In this document: piece by piece, positions 1-11,864 of the stretch
Layout of the letters: each line of letters begins with the position of its first letter
How positions within the stretch are numbered: position 1 is the stretch's first letter
From: Chiloscyllium plagiosum
Lineage: Eukaryota
Direction of reading: 5' to 3'
DNA length: 64,000 bases
Assembly: GCF_004010195.1 (NCBI RefSeq)
Contig: NC_057718.1
Coordinates: forward strand, 48,988,021 to 49,052,020
The notes under the pieces: model-generated
The model's database searches: none
Told to the model about the DNA's origin: nothing
Seen by the model: only the letters and a program-made list of their open reading frames with translations
Made by a program: the position numbers and the translations under genes

Positions 1-621
1 TTTTTTCATTTTTTTTTAAAGAAACAGGCATGTTAAAAGCAAATAGGCTACAATTCATCCAGATCTCCAGAGCATTTCTAACTGGCTATGATGTTAGTCT
101 GCAGGCTTTGGAGGCAGATGAGAGTGGTACCTAAACAGAGGATTCGGTTGTATACTTATCAAACATTGGGCATGGTAATGTTAATGAACTGCCACATTAA
201 TCAAGACCTGAGTGGGCAAACAATTCATGATCTGTTTCATGGACAGAAACTGGTAAATGAAGAGTAGACTAAGGAGAAGTTGAGGTGCTCCTTTGAGCTG
301 CACAGGAATACTATGGTGTATCCTCCCCTGAATTCCTCCCCATCACACCACATAGCTAGAGCCAAGCATTACCTGGCCTTTGCCTGCTGCCAATCATTTT
401 GCACCTGTTGTTTGAGTGTTAATGTTCAGATTACTTTGCCTCCACCACTTCTGCTGATGTCATGAACAATCTTTGGAGCTTATGTGAATACATTACTTTA
501 TACTGCCACTTCCTGAATAGTGTTGACTCCTTAATGAGAAAACGAATGGGATGGGCCCTTACAGCTACAATGTTGATGGTCCAGCTTTGAAGTCGTCTTG
601 TTGGGAATCTGTTTGCAAATA

Positions 622-765
622 CAGGTGCACAATCCTTTATCTGATTATGCTCGGGACCAGCTGGAATTCAGAATTTTTTGAATTTCAGAACAAGTGACAG
701 TTTAATGGCAAAATTTTAAAAAATCTTACCAAACAGCAGACGCACTGTGAGTAAAATGGGTCCTT
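622..765 (+). mobile_element. Tc1/mariner (pogo/Tigger-like) DNA transposon left end, truncated
   Basis: TA at 620-621 is followed by CAGGTGCACAATCCTTTATCTGATTATGCTCGGGACCAG, resembling Tigger4/Zombi-type termini. No matching right TIR was seen. Confidence 0.55.
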
Positions 766-767
766 AA

Positions 768-1020
768 AGCTTATAGCTTTAAATTAAGGGGTGGTAGGTA
801 TAGGACAGATGTTAGGGGTAGGTTCTTTACTCAGCGAGTCGTGAGTTCATGGAATGCCCTGCCAGTAGCAGTGGTGGACTCTCCCTCTGTATGGGCATTT
901 AAGCGGGCATTGCATAGGCATATGGAGGATAGTGGGCTAGTGTAGGGTAGGTGGGCTTGGATCGGCGCAACATCGAGGGCCAAAGGGCCTGTACTGCGCT
1001 GTATTCTTCTATGTTCTATG
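768..1020 (+). mobile_element. CR1 LINE 3' end
   Basis: End of ORF2 (FFTQRVVSSWNALP), then the 3' hairpin GGGCCAAAGGGCCTGT and a TTCTATG TTCTATG tail. Confidence 0.9.
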
Positions 1021-1029
1021 ATCCAAATC

Positions 1030-1810
1030 TGAATAGCTAAACTTACTCTCTGGGTGTGAGAGTTATTGTCAGCATTCCTTTCCAGTACAAGGTGCATCCT
1101 GCTGTTGTTCCTTTAACTGGCCTCTCTGCAGGAAGGCAGATCTCACTGAGGACAGTGATGTCAATTTGGAGGCTTGATAGCTTACGTGAAATGTCTGCAG
1201 TTCTTTCATTCGGACAGTAACTCTTGAGATTATCCATGGCCGTTCTAAAGTTCTAAATTGCAATCTTAATGTTTTCTTTCTTTGACCACAAAGATGATGA
1301 TCTTGTAGTGTAGGGTTCCCACAGTCAAGAGCAAATGAGACAGCCTGTGTTCAGGACAACACTTCCAGGTCCTTCCCCACTTGGGGTAACTTGAGAGTGT
1401 CCTGAAGCGGACTGCTTAGTAGTAAATACTGCAGCCTAAAGTCACATCTGTCCCAGCATAGATGTCCAATCTCCTTCACACATCTGTCTCCATGTGTTGA
1501 TTTTTGACTAGTGACTCTGAAGTTTGTTTGTTTAATGTGGGGCCTACAGGCACCGTCATTGTCCACAAAACCCTGACAGAGTGGTGATCAGATTTCAATA
1601 AGATGTCGAATCATGATGATGATCAGGGCCATCTTGTTGCTACAGTCAACTTACAACTTTTCAGCCAGTGAGACACATTGTCATCCTTGCTCTGTTACAT
1701 CATTGAGGACTTTGTCTGCCAGGAACAAGAAGCTCCTAACAATATTGTTCCAGAGATCAGTGGAGCTCACAACCCTTTTCACCGTCTCAAGGTGGTGATC
1801 TGCTGAAGGG
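1030..1810 (-). mobile_element. RTE-clade LINE 5' fragment (5' UTR and start of APE endonuclease), decayed
   Basis: ORF 1043-1237 (ERTADISRKLSSLQIDITVLSEICL...GCTLYWKG) matches the RTE APE N-terminus pattern (ERRTALxARELxRYxIDIAALSETR...GYTFFWKG). An RTE-like 5' motif CACCACCTTG lies near 1790. Confidence 0.7.
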
Positions 1811-1829
1811 TGTGGTCAGGCATTTTATT

Positions 1830-2500
1830 AGAAAGAATAAGGATATCACATATTATTTGGAAGCTCAGAACAAATCTGAAGGGTTGGAGAGCAAAAGGTC
1901 TTGGAGTAAAAATACACTTCTTAACAGACTCATGCCACAAATTTGCAAGGATGCAAGAAAAGCAAGCCAAGCACCAGGCTTTATTTTGAGAGGGATAGAA
2001 TTAAAAATAAGTGAGGTTTTGCTAAATCTATATCAAACCTTGTCCAGAGGGAAGACCCAGTTGTACTTGACCAGAGAAAGATCAGTGTACAATGAAATTT
2101 GAGATCAGCAGAATCAACTGGTCTTGAAACCAGTAAGCCAGGTCCTGCCACCAGTAACACTGGTCTTTCGACCAAACTTAGAGAATTACAGGTTGATCTG
2201 ATCCACGTATTATAAAAATAGTGTATCCTGATGTACTGGAGCGGGTGCTGAGAATATTTACAAGGATGATGCCAGATTGTGTGCACACTTATGGGATTGA
2301 GTGCTTGGTTTATTGTTGCTGAAGAATGAGAGGGGATCTAGGTATTGAAATTAATGAATCGTTTTGAGAGTAAATGCAGATAAGTGTTTCCTTTTGTTGG
2401 GAACAGCATAACTACAGGGCAGCCATACAAGAAATTAATGAGGAAATCCAATAGAGGATTCAGAATTCTTTATCTAAAAAGTATTAAGAATTTGGAAGCA
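1830..2500 (+). mobile_element. old CR1 LINE fragment (RT C-terminal region)
   Basis: KASQAPGFILRGIELKISEVLLNLYQTL is a decayed version of the CR1 motif KANxMLGFIxRGIEYKSxEVMLxLYKTL. Confidence 0.7.
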
Positions 2501-2514
2501 GCACTTCAGCTGCT

Positions 2515-3235
2515 CTTCACTCAATCTGCTCTACTGTTTTTGCTGCTCACAGTGTGAGCTCCTCTACATTGGGGAAACGAAGTATAGACTACGTGACCAC
2601 TTTGCAGAACACCTACGTTATGTCGGTAAAAAAGACCCTGAGCTTCCAGTTGCCTGCCATTTCAGCATACCACCTTGGTCCCTGGCCAACATCTCTGCCT
2701 CAGGCTTGCTGCAGTGCTCCAATGAAGCTCAGCACAAACTGGGAGAACAGCAACGTATTTTTCATTTAGGAACTCAACAGCCTTCTGGACTCAATATCAA
2801 GTTCAACTATTTTAGGGCCTGAGCACCTTCTCCCATGTCCTTACCCCAACACCACCAACCCTACCCCCCAGTTAGGCCTTGTCATCACATGGGCTGGTAC
2901 CACACAAAAGCCATTGACAGCTACTAATAGTCCCTATTTACTGTACAGCTATACATTCTCCCAGGTTGACCATTACCCATTCCTTTGTCTGTCCTCTTGT
3001 TTCTTTCTCTCTCTTTCTCTCTCTTTGTTCTCTATCGCCACCTATCATTTGCTCTCCACACCCCAGCCTCAGCATAAATACCAACCTTTTATTTGCTACC
3101 ATCAGTTCCAAAGAAGGGTCACTGGACCTGAAATGTTGACTCTGATTTCTATCCACAGGTGCTGCCAGACCTGCTGAGTTTTTCCAGCAGTTTCTGTTTT
3201 AGTTTCTGATTTCCAACATCCGCAGTTCTTTTGGC
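2515..3235 (+). mobile_element. Penelope-like element 3' part (GIY-YIG endonuclease and terminus, hammerhead family C, degenerate)
   Basis: Nucleotides encode NLLYCFCCSQCELLYIGETKYRLRDHFAEHLRYV (GIY-YIG). A decayed hammerhead (AGTT-CCAAAGA-AGGGTC ACT GGACCT-GAAA-TGTT-GACT) lies at ~3104-3141. Confidence 0.85.
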
Positions 3236-3251
3236 TTTTTATTCAGAAGTT

Positions 3252-3465
3252 TTGTACCACTTCCTCTGGCAGCTCATTACTTACATGCACCACCTTCTGA
3301 GTAAAAAGGTTGTCCCAAGGTCCCTTTTAAATCTTTCCCTGCTTACCTTAATCCTATGCCCTCCAGTTTTGATGTTCCCTGCCTTGGGAAAAAGACCTTG
3401 GCTATTCACCTTATCTGTGCCCCCCTCACGATTTTATAAACCTCTACAAGGTCGCCCCTCAGCCT
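3252..3465 (-). repeat. inverted near-identical copy of CR1 segment 4514-4727
   Basis: Its reverse complement matches 4514-4727 with few substitutions, including copy-specific variants. Confidence 0.9.
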
Positions 3466-3957
3466 GGATTTTGACACCACAGAGACTAATCAAAGCAAAT
3501 AGTATCGATGCATTTAAGGGCCATGAACTCGGCTTTCTTCTTTTCACATGGGTTGTCTAGGGCCATGCCTGGCAGGCTTAGCTTTCATTGCTGAGACTCC
3601 AGGACATCCAGGAGAATTAATAACTCTAATCCACATGAGAGGTATGTACATATGAGCCCATAGTCTAATGTATTAAACTGCTTTGTCTTTATCCATCTCA
3701 GACCCTAGTGCAAAGTGGTTCCCTAGATCTTTACACTAAGTAAATAATTGTTTAAATGTGGGCTAGAAGTCCTGAATAGATATTTTCATATTATTTATAG
3801 TCTTTCTCAACATGGCAATATAAAGTTTGCTGTGGACAACTGAGGAAAAAAGCACAACTCAGAGAAAAAAGGGGCAGTTTTAAAATTTAGCAGACTCATA
3901 AATAAATGCTGGATGGAAGTGTAGGGGAAGGTGCCAGGTCCTAAAGTATAAGTTTTA

Positions 3958-4900
3958 TATTGAATGATTTGGATGAGAATATAGGAGGGACGATTAATAA
4001 GTTTGCAGATTACACCATATAGTGGTATTATAGTGGACAGCAAACAAGATTATCTAAGAGTACAATGTGATCTTGATCAGATGGACCAATGGGCTGAGGA
4101 GTGGCAATGGAGTTTAGTTTAGATAAATGCAATATGTTGCATTTTGGTAAGGCAAACTAGGGCAGGACTTCACACAATTAATGGTAGGGCTTTGGGAAGT
4201 GTTGTTGAACAGAGAGACCTCTGTACATAGTTCCTTTAAAGTGACATTGCAGGGAGACAGTGTGAAGAAGGCGTTTGCCATGCTTGGTCAGAGCATTGAG
4301 TGTAGGAGTTGGGACGTCATAATCCAGCTGTACAAGACATTGGTGAGGCTACTTTCAGAATACCGCATACAACTTTGGGGCCATCCTGTTATAGGAAGGA
4401 TGCTGTTAAACTGGAAAGGGTGCAGAAGAAATTCACAAAGGTGTTGCGGGAACTGGAAGGTTTGAGTTATAGGGAGAGACTGGATAAGCTGGATTTTTTT
4501 CCCTGGATGTCAGAGGCTGAGGGGCGACCTTGTAGAGGTTTATAAAATCGTGAGGGGGGCACAGATAAGGTGAATAGTCAAGGTCTTTTTCCCAAGGCAG
4601 GGAACATCAAAACTAGAGGGCATAGGATTAAGGTAAGCAGGGAAAGATTTAAAAGAGACCATGGGACAACCTTTTTACTCAGAAGGTGGTGCATGTAAGT
4701 AATGAGCTGCCAGAAGAAGTGGTACAATTACAACATTTAAAAGATGTTTGGATGAGTATATGAACAGGAAGGGTTTAGAGGGATATGGGCCAAATGGAGG
4801 CAAGTGAGACTAGTTCAGTTTAAGAAACCTGGTCAGCATGGAGGAGTTGGACTGAAGGGTCTGCTTCTGTGTTGTATAACTCGATGATTTTGTGATTCTA
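3958..4900 (+). mobile_element. CR1 LINE, 5'-truncated (RT C-terminus and 3' UTR)
   Basis: NDLDENIGGxxNKFADYT, YRKDAVKLERVQKKFTKVL and a typical CR1 3' tail. Multiple frameshifts. Confidence 0.93.
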
Positions 4901-5659
4901 TTTTAATAAGATTATTGTTAATGGAGCATTTATTTAAAAGGCTTAGCAATGTACTTCTGTGAGGATATTTCCCAGAGCAAATAGTTGAAAGGTTACGGTA
5001 GTGTCATTTGTTCTCAAATGCCAGATTTTAAAGTACTTGTTAACGTACATACCAACAGTGACAGGTCATCAAAATATAAGAGAAAAATTATTGCAGGATT
5101 ATCGTCTACAAAACGCAACAGAAACCCTACTTGGCAATGCTATGATGGGATATGTAAAGCATCAAGAAGTTTGTTGCAGATAAGGTAAGTCATTGTTCAA
5201 ACAAAATACATGATTCTCATTGGCCTCTGCTGACATCATGTCTTCAAATGCAAATAGTTGGGAACAACGCTGCAGAAAGCCAAGATTATGACCTTTCAAT
5301 CAGAATGCAAATAATGTTTGTACCATAGAATGTCTAAAGGATTACTTTTAAAGTTGCTTTAACTGCCACTATCTCCTGAGTTGCCTTTTTTCTAATTTTT
5401 ATATAGCCTTATTTCCTCCCCATTCATATTTTGAAGACATCATCTCCTGCTGGTTCCATGAATGGCAGATGCCCACCAGCACCTTACTCAAGTAGTGATT
5501 CTGGATGTTAGACATTGTTACTTTATTTGACTGCATCCTAGTTATGGCCGTTTCTGAACTCTTGACTCATTTTTAGTTTTATTGCCCAGCAATTGACAGA
5601 TCATCTCTCCAGTGCATCGGCTAGCTGATAACCCACCTTCAAGAGACAAAAATGTGAGA

Positions 5660-6335
5660 AACGTGTGGGGATCTGTTAGAATTCTTTAAGGAGGTAATGA
5701 GCAAGTTAGACCAAGGATGTGATCATTTGGATTCTAGAAGGCCTTTGACAAGGTGCTGCAGAGGTTATTAAATAAGAGCCCATGGGTTAGCTGCAAGGTA
5801 TTGGCATGGATTATAGACTTGCTGACTGGCAGAAGGCTAAGAGTGGGGATAAAAAGATCTTTTTCAGGATGGGAGCCAGTGAGAAAGGGAGTACCTCAGG
5901 GTCCGTGTTGGAATCACAGCTATTTATATTTTACATTCACAGTCAGGATAGAGGAACTGACGGCATTGTTGCTAATGACATAAAGGTAGGTGGTGGGACA
6001 GGTAGTGATAAGGAAGTGAAGAGGCTGCAAAAGGACTTGGACAGGCTAGGAGAATGGGCAAAGAATTAGCAAATAGAATGCATTGTGGAAAATTGTGAGG
6101 TTACGCACTTTGGTCAGAAGAGTAGAGGCATAGACTATTTTCTAAATTGGGAATGGCTTCAGAAATCAGAAGCACAAAGAGACTAGGGAGTCCTAGTTCA
6201 GGATTCTGTTAAGGTTAAGATAATTGTGTCCGGTATTGGATGCCTTGCTTGACGAAAGATGTCAACGCCATGGCAATAGTCTAGAATAGATATTCATTAG
6301 CTGACACTAGGTATGCAAAAATTGTGTTGTGAAAA
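5660..6335 (+). mobile_element. CR1 LINE RT fragment
   Basis: KAFDKV, VLAWIIDLLTGRRLRVGIK, KGVPQG, RLQKDLDRLGEWAK. Confidence 0.88.
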
Positions 6336-6538
6336 ATTCAATAACTGCCAAAGATGAACATGGGGATTACCTTGCATAATAAACACACACCCGACACTTC
6401 TGATGTAGACATGACAACAAATCTGTGTTCTATAATTGATGCCAGCAGTCAGTGCTGTTGAGAGACTGCTCATCTTAGCATGGGTGCCAGGTTTGTCAGA
6501 GCTGGTCCCAATTAAATTAAGGGGAGGTTTATTCTCAC

Positions 6539-6749
6539 CACAATTGTGACTGGAATTCTTCTGAGATGAGAGTATGAGCAGGAAGAAGGGAATGCCATAA
6601 CAGGGTGAAAGTGGGCTTCATGGTTCTCTCATTATGAACTGAACCCATTGGTGGAGAAAGGTTTTCTGCTATCATAGAATCTGAAGGATGTCCTGACAAA
6701 ATTTGTAAAGTAGTGTCATGTTCTTTTTGTTCATTGTCTTCATTAAACT
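6539..6749 (-). CDS. candidate internal coding exon of an unidentified gene (211 bp, phase 1 to 2)
   Basis: Non-repeat sequence with acceptor ctccttttcactag| and donor TG|gtgaga. The frame is open across the exon (EFNEDNEQKEHDTTLQ...EEFQSQLW) and closes at a stop immediately past the donor. The protein is not recognised. Confidence 0.35.
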
Positions 6750-7049
6750 CTAGTGAAAAGGAGATGAATTTGACTCTACCCATGCCTCAGAGCAATTTAT
6801 GCATATTCAGGATAAAAAGATTGAGCAGGTGCCACACCACTCTGAGAGACTTTAAGAAATTTACTGAACTCTAGAAATTAGCTTCAACAATTAAAACAAA
6901 TCTGTAAGGTGTTGATGATCCCCTTAATTAGCATTGGGAAGGTCATTTGTGTTGCTGAACATATCTTCAGCTGTGCATGAGATGGATGTGTAAGACTTAG
7001 AATTATTTTGATGAATAGTTGTTTACTGATAAAGAACTTGAGTATTGCT

Positions 7050-7870
7050 GAAATAAATCAAAGTTTTCATTTTACATTAATCAGGACAATTAACAAGAAA
7101 ATCAATTTGGGGGAAGGTCAACATTTATACTGCTTGAGAGGAGAGTACCGATTGGTTGGCAAATGAAGTTTGATTGGTAGGGGTGTTGCCATGGAGAATG
7201 CTCTAATTAATGCTGATTAAGAGTTAAGTGCCAGGCCTCATTTAAATTTTCAACAAGACAAAGTTAAAAATTACACAACACTATGTTATCATCCAACAGG
7301 TTTATTTAGAAGCACTAGCTTTTGGAGCACTGCTCCTTCATCAGGTGTTTGTGGAGGTTAAGACAATGCTCACAGAAGTTATAGCCAAAGAACAGATACC
7401 AGCATATCCCATTATAAAATACGAAAGTTTTAATCTAAGATTGTTTACTCTATCACATCTTCATGACACTAGACTCCTTTGGCTATAAATTCTGTGAGCA
7501 TGATCTTAACCTCACCTGATGAAGGAGCAGAGCACTGAAAGCTGGTGCTTCCAAATAAACCTGTTGGACCATAACCTGGTGTTGTGTGATTTTTTAATTT
7601 TCTCCACCCCAGACCACACTGGCACCTCCAAATCTTTAAACCAGACAGGTTGGCTTCGATTGACCAGGGCATTGTTTTGAGATCGGTTTTGTGTTGAAAC
7701 CGTAGCAGTGCATGTACATACTCTTTTTGTCTGCAAAAAAAAAGGTACTGTATAATACTATATATAGTTTCCAGCGCTTATACGTGTACCACACTGTTAG
7801 CATGGCAGATAATTGTAAACTGTTTGTTATAGTCTACCCAGGATTATGTAGAAAATGTTGTCCAGCTGCA
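7050..7870 (-). mobile_element. old Penelope-like element 3' part (family E), interrupted by 7261-7634
   Basis: The minus strand of ~7705-7860 reads as a decayed PLE C-terminus (HFLHNP...LETIY...CRQKEYVHAL). A decayed hammerhead TGTC-CTGATTA...GAAA lies at ~7056-7088. Confidence 0.6.
7261..7634. mobile_element. Penelope-derived short element with inverted termini (hammerhead family B)
   Basis: Arms ~7261-7390 and ~7477-7600 are reverse complements. Hammerhead motifs lie at 7313-7347 (-) and 7513-7547 (+): CAC-CTGATGA-A-GGAGC..-GAAA-GCT-[A]-GTG. Confidence 0.8.
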
Positions 7871-8132
7871 GAATTATCTAATGTTGGAGATTGTGAAATG
7901 ACCATTGAAAAATGTCATTGAAGGAAAAAGTATCACTTTAGAGTATATTAACAATGAATGATTAATATGCCTCATCAGATTTGAAAAGGAAAAGTATTAA
8001 ATAGGACAGCCTACCCTGAATAATATTGAAGTCGGGCAAGGATGTTCTTCCAAACGTCTGTTTAGTAGTAATCATTCTATGTGGCAAATTCAGAATAATA
8101 TAACAGGTTCCATTTTTATTCAGGGAACAGGA

Positions 8133-8202
8133 GAATCGACGTTTCGGGCATTAGCCCTTCTTCAGGAATCGACGTTTCGGGCATTAGCCCTTCCTCAGGA
8201 AT
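8133..8202 (-). ncRNA. two tandem minimal hammerhead ribozyme motifs (33-nt period)
   Basis: Minus strand: attc-CTGAGGA-a-GGGC-taat-GCCC-GAAA-CGTC-gattc-CTGAAGA-a-GGGC-taat-GCCC-GAAA-CGTC-gatt. Cores, stem II and GUC triplets are intact. Activity is not demonstrated. Confidence 0.75.
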
Positions 8203-8414
8203 GAGGAAAGTTTGTCCAGCAGGCTAAGATAAAAGATAGGGAGGATGTACTTGGGGGAGGGGCGTCGGAAATGTGATAGGTGGAAAGAGGTCAAGGTGAG
8301 GGTGATAGGTCAGACCCTCACCTTGACCTCTTTCCACCTATCACATTTCTGACGCCCCTCCCCCAAGTCCCTCCTCCCTATCTTTTATCTTAGCCTGCTG
8401 GACAAACTTTCCTC

Positions 8415-8450
8415 ATTCCTGAAGAAGGGCTAATGCCCGAAACGTCTATT
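8415..8450 (+). ncRNA. minimal hammerhead ribozyme motif (family A)
   Basis: CTGAAGA 8419-8425, stem II GGGC/GCCC, GAAA 8439-8442, GTC 8444-8446. Confidence 0.7.
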
Positions 8451-8549
8451 CTCCTGTTCCCTAGATGCTGCCTGACCTGCTGCGCTTCTCCAGCAACACA
8501 TTTCCATCTCTGATCTCCAGCATCTGCAGACCTCATTTTCTCTCCATTT

Positions 8550-8690
8550 TTATTCATTCTTGTAGATATGAGCATCATTGACAAGGTCAGCATTTGTTGC
8601 CCATCTTATTGCCTTTGGTGGTGGACAGCCATCTTGAATTACAGCTGTCCATGTTGTGTAGGGATACCCACAGTGTTGGTAGGTAATGTA
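8550..8690 (-). mobile_element. 3' end of an unassigned CR1/Jockey-group LINE
   Basis: The reverse complement ends ...GATGGGCAACAAATGCTGACC...GAATGAATAAAAA. The same terminus recurs at 9945, 20885 and 61360. Confidence 0.7.
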
Positions 8691-8865
8691 AGGTGTAATA
8701 AAAGCAAAAATATTTTGTGTTACAGCCAATTTGTGGAATCATGCTGGTTTAGAAAATCAAGAGTGTACCAAGTTCAGTTTATTGTTGCAAAATAGAGGCT
8801 TAAGCATCTAATAAGGTGGGCAATGTGAGTATAAAATGAATTGGCACCAGAAGTGTATTACTCAC

Positions 8866-8907
8866 CTGATAGGCAGGTAGACATCTCACCAAATGAGCCA
8901 AACACAC
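8866..8907 (-). CDS. candidate 42-bp micro-exon (phase 1 to 1)
   Basis: Acceptor ttattttaag|, consensus donor CAG|gtgagt. It reads (G)VFGSFGEMSTCLS and is in frame with the 6539-6749 candidate. Confidence 0.25.
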
Positions 8908-9944
8908 CTTAAAATAATTTAATTCATGACTGTCTTAAACTGTATTTGATTTCGTAACAACTCTGCTTTTGAAAAAAACAACTGTCAATGCTTTTTTTTG
9001 TATTTTTGGGAATCAACAAACCCTTGGCAGGCATTTTGACTTTAACAGTGTTGCAGATTTTTAATCCAAGTCCAAATATCTTACTCTATTATTATAATAT
9101 GATGATGTGCAAAAAGTAAAGAATAGCATTTCTTTCAATAAAAGCTGACATCATTTATTGTATTTTACAAACCATCAAAAAAAGGTAATTTATTTTTAAC
9201 TTAATAGATGTATTTAATATTCAATCAGGTCTGAAAATTGCAAAGCATGGGACCTGCATACACACATAGACTACAATAAGTTGCTGTTTCTTTTGTTGAT
9301 AATTGCTGTTTGACAACAAAACATATGATGACTCCTCAAACAGCTGCCACACTGGAAATGTGGGACCCAGAGTATCACATCACGTTTACACCCCATTCAT
9401 ATGTACAATCATTATAGCAGTAGGGTGCAATCTGGTAGAGGGTGCTCAGATGACTGGAGAGACAAATGCAGTCCTCTCTCAGGTTAACAACGTACCAGTT
9501 CCTTTCCCTGTGTTCTATTCATGACCTTGTTAGTACCACACATCTGTGAACTGCCCTGAATGCATTGACATGCTGCAGTCTGCAACCTAGCCTCCAATGT
9601 CCACAGCTGCTTGAGATCATCCACAGCAGCCATCAGACGTGTCCTTCATAACAACTCAGCAGCCTTCCAGCTCCCAGGTTATAGTGAACCAAGAGGTAAA
9701 TGTGCAAACAGGTAAATGTGCAAAGGTTCTGGACTTATTTAAGAAATTACTGTATGTTACAGAACGGGGAAGGAAGCAAATGATTTCTCTGGATGGAAGA
9801 ATTAAAAAGGATCTCCCTCATTCGTGATGAACTCAAAGCTGACAAACAAACCTGAGGTGATTTCATTGTTGAAGAGGGACCTTGGTGAGAAGAACTCAGC
9901 TAACCTTGGGCTTGGATCTTAGTTAAGTATATCAACACATCTTT

Positions 9945-10290
9945 GTTCATGGGATGTGTGCTGCCCTGACAAGGCCAGCCGTTATTAGCCATTCCTAGTT
10001 GCGCTTGAGAATCTGATGGTGAGCCACTTTCCAGAACTGCTGCAATTGTTCTACTGTCGGCAAAGGTACATGTGTAGGAGTTTCAGGATTTTGTCTCCAT
10101 AACAACAAAAGAATGGTGGCCTATTCCAAGGTAGGATGGTATGTAGTTTATAATGGGAATGTTCAGGTACTGATGTTCCCATGTGTCCACTGCCCTTCTT
10201 TACCTGCTGCTGATGGTTGCAGGTTTGGAAGATGCTGTGGAAGGAGTTTGTTGCATTATTCCACTGCATTTTACAAATGATTGTTGGCAG
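9945..10290 (-). mobile_element. 3' fragment of the unassigned LINE family
   Basis: Same terminal sequence as 8550-8690 and 61360-61500. Confidence 0.7.
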
Positions 10291-11864
10291 CAGGATAAAA
10301 GGAGGAGACCATAATAATAGTGAAAACTCAATAGGAAATAGGAGGGAGTTATGGGGAGGGTGGTAGTGGTGGCCGTGGTGACTCGAGGATTGGAGAGCAT
10401 AACCTTTAGTCGTAGTGGCACAGTGAACATTGAAGCACGTTTCTGTGTTAATACAATGAGAGTATGCCAAATTACATAACACTTTAAAATTAAATGTAAA
10501 AGATTTCTTGCTCGATCTTGAAACTGTATGTACACTCTTTGTTCTCCCTCTGAATTGAGCAATGAATGTAGACCTGGACTTTCCTGACCATCTCTGGCAA
10601 TAGTCACATTTATGCTGTGTTCTGTATTGATCAGGACTTAAATTCATGTTATTCAACCTAAGCTCTAGATTAGTTCTCTTGTAGCTCATTCATAGAGAAA
10701 TTAATTCAAACTTGGAGAGAAAACATTAGAAAAAATAATTGAATCATCCAAACCCACGCAATACCCTCTCATGAAGTTATACCTAAAACAAAATAAAACA
10801 TAAAAGGAAAGAAAGAAAGGAAGACATACATTGATATAATGCTTTTTCAGCTGAATCTATGTAGTTAATTTCTGGTGATGTGTTCCTGGTCAGGAGCCTT
10901 GTCAGTTAGCAACTCAAATAGGAAATTCCTGTATGCCATATTTTAATTGGAAAACAAATGGTTTCTGTTTGTGAGAGGAATGTTTTAAAATTGCTAGGAT
11001 AAGTAACAAATGATTTTCAAACCCAAAGTTAGGACTAGTTTACCGACAGTTTGCATTAATGGCTATCTTATGGAAAGCACCTCACAAGCTTAACTGACAG
11101 AAAGATATGAGGTTAAAGGTTTCTTGTAAAAGAAATTCTATCTTTCATCAATAAGATAATTTATTTTGTAGTATGTGCCTCTCATATCCACCTATAATTA
11201 ATGAGCGTTTGGCATAGAGTCAGCAACAATCGAATCATAGAATTTTTAAAGCATGGATAGAAGCCCATCACTCATCGATCATCAAACATCCATTTATTTT
11301 AATCCCATTTTCCAGCACTCGGCCCATAACCTTGAATGCTATGGCTATTGGCTAATATTCACGTGAAAGCAGCTCCTGAGGTGGGTTGGGTGCTGGAGGA
11401 GTTGGAATGAGAAAGCGAAAATTTGGAATATAAGTCAGCATTTTAAATTCTCCAAATTCCATTGGATTGAGGCAGTAAATTTTGATTTCTGTATATTTAG
11501 TGTTCAAGCTGCATTTTGGACATGGTGTGCACTTGCATGAAGCATTTTAAACTCTCCTTAAAAGACAATACAGAAATGGACTTTGGAAAAATCAGGCGAT
11601 TTCTAAGCACAGAGAGTATATGCAGATCACATTAGCAACAAAGAGACAGGGACCTCACAGATAACTGGTAACAGAGTGCCAAATGTTTCTGACTCAAACG
11701 TTAACAATCATTTCAACAATGGGTAAACTATGAGAAGACTGAATTTGTGATTGTTAAATTTTACGCTGCAACTGCTAATCCTTGTCCCTTTCATTTGTCT
11801 TTGGAAGACTTTGCATATACAGACATTATCAATGACGATGCATGAAAACAATTCTTCAGAAGAC

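Larger units (their letters stand above)
8123..8542. mobile_element. young Penelope-derived hairpin insertion (hammerhead family A) with 14-bp TSD
   Basis: TSD TCCATTTTTATTCA at 8109-8122 and 8543-8556. Near-perfect inverted arms surround a loop at ~8305-8314. Three hammerhead motifs are present. Confidence 0.9.

Noticed and set aside
5059..5183. + strand candidate exon ending at AAG|gtaagt
   Set aside because: Good donor but weak acceptor, unrecognised peptides and no supporting partner exons. It cannot be excluded as a non-coding exon.
9400..9700. Possible CR1 ORF1 remnants (also ~40050-40575)
   Set aside because: Only a faint coiled-coil-like resemblance on the minus strand; too decayed to call without a profile search.
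10051..10689. 212-aa and overlapping 135-aa minus-strand ORFs
   Set aside because: No recognisable domain, both run into a decayed LINE, and I found no convincing flanking splice sites in these frames.
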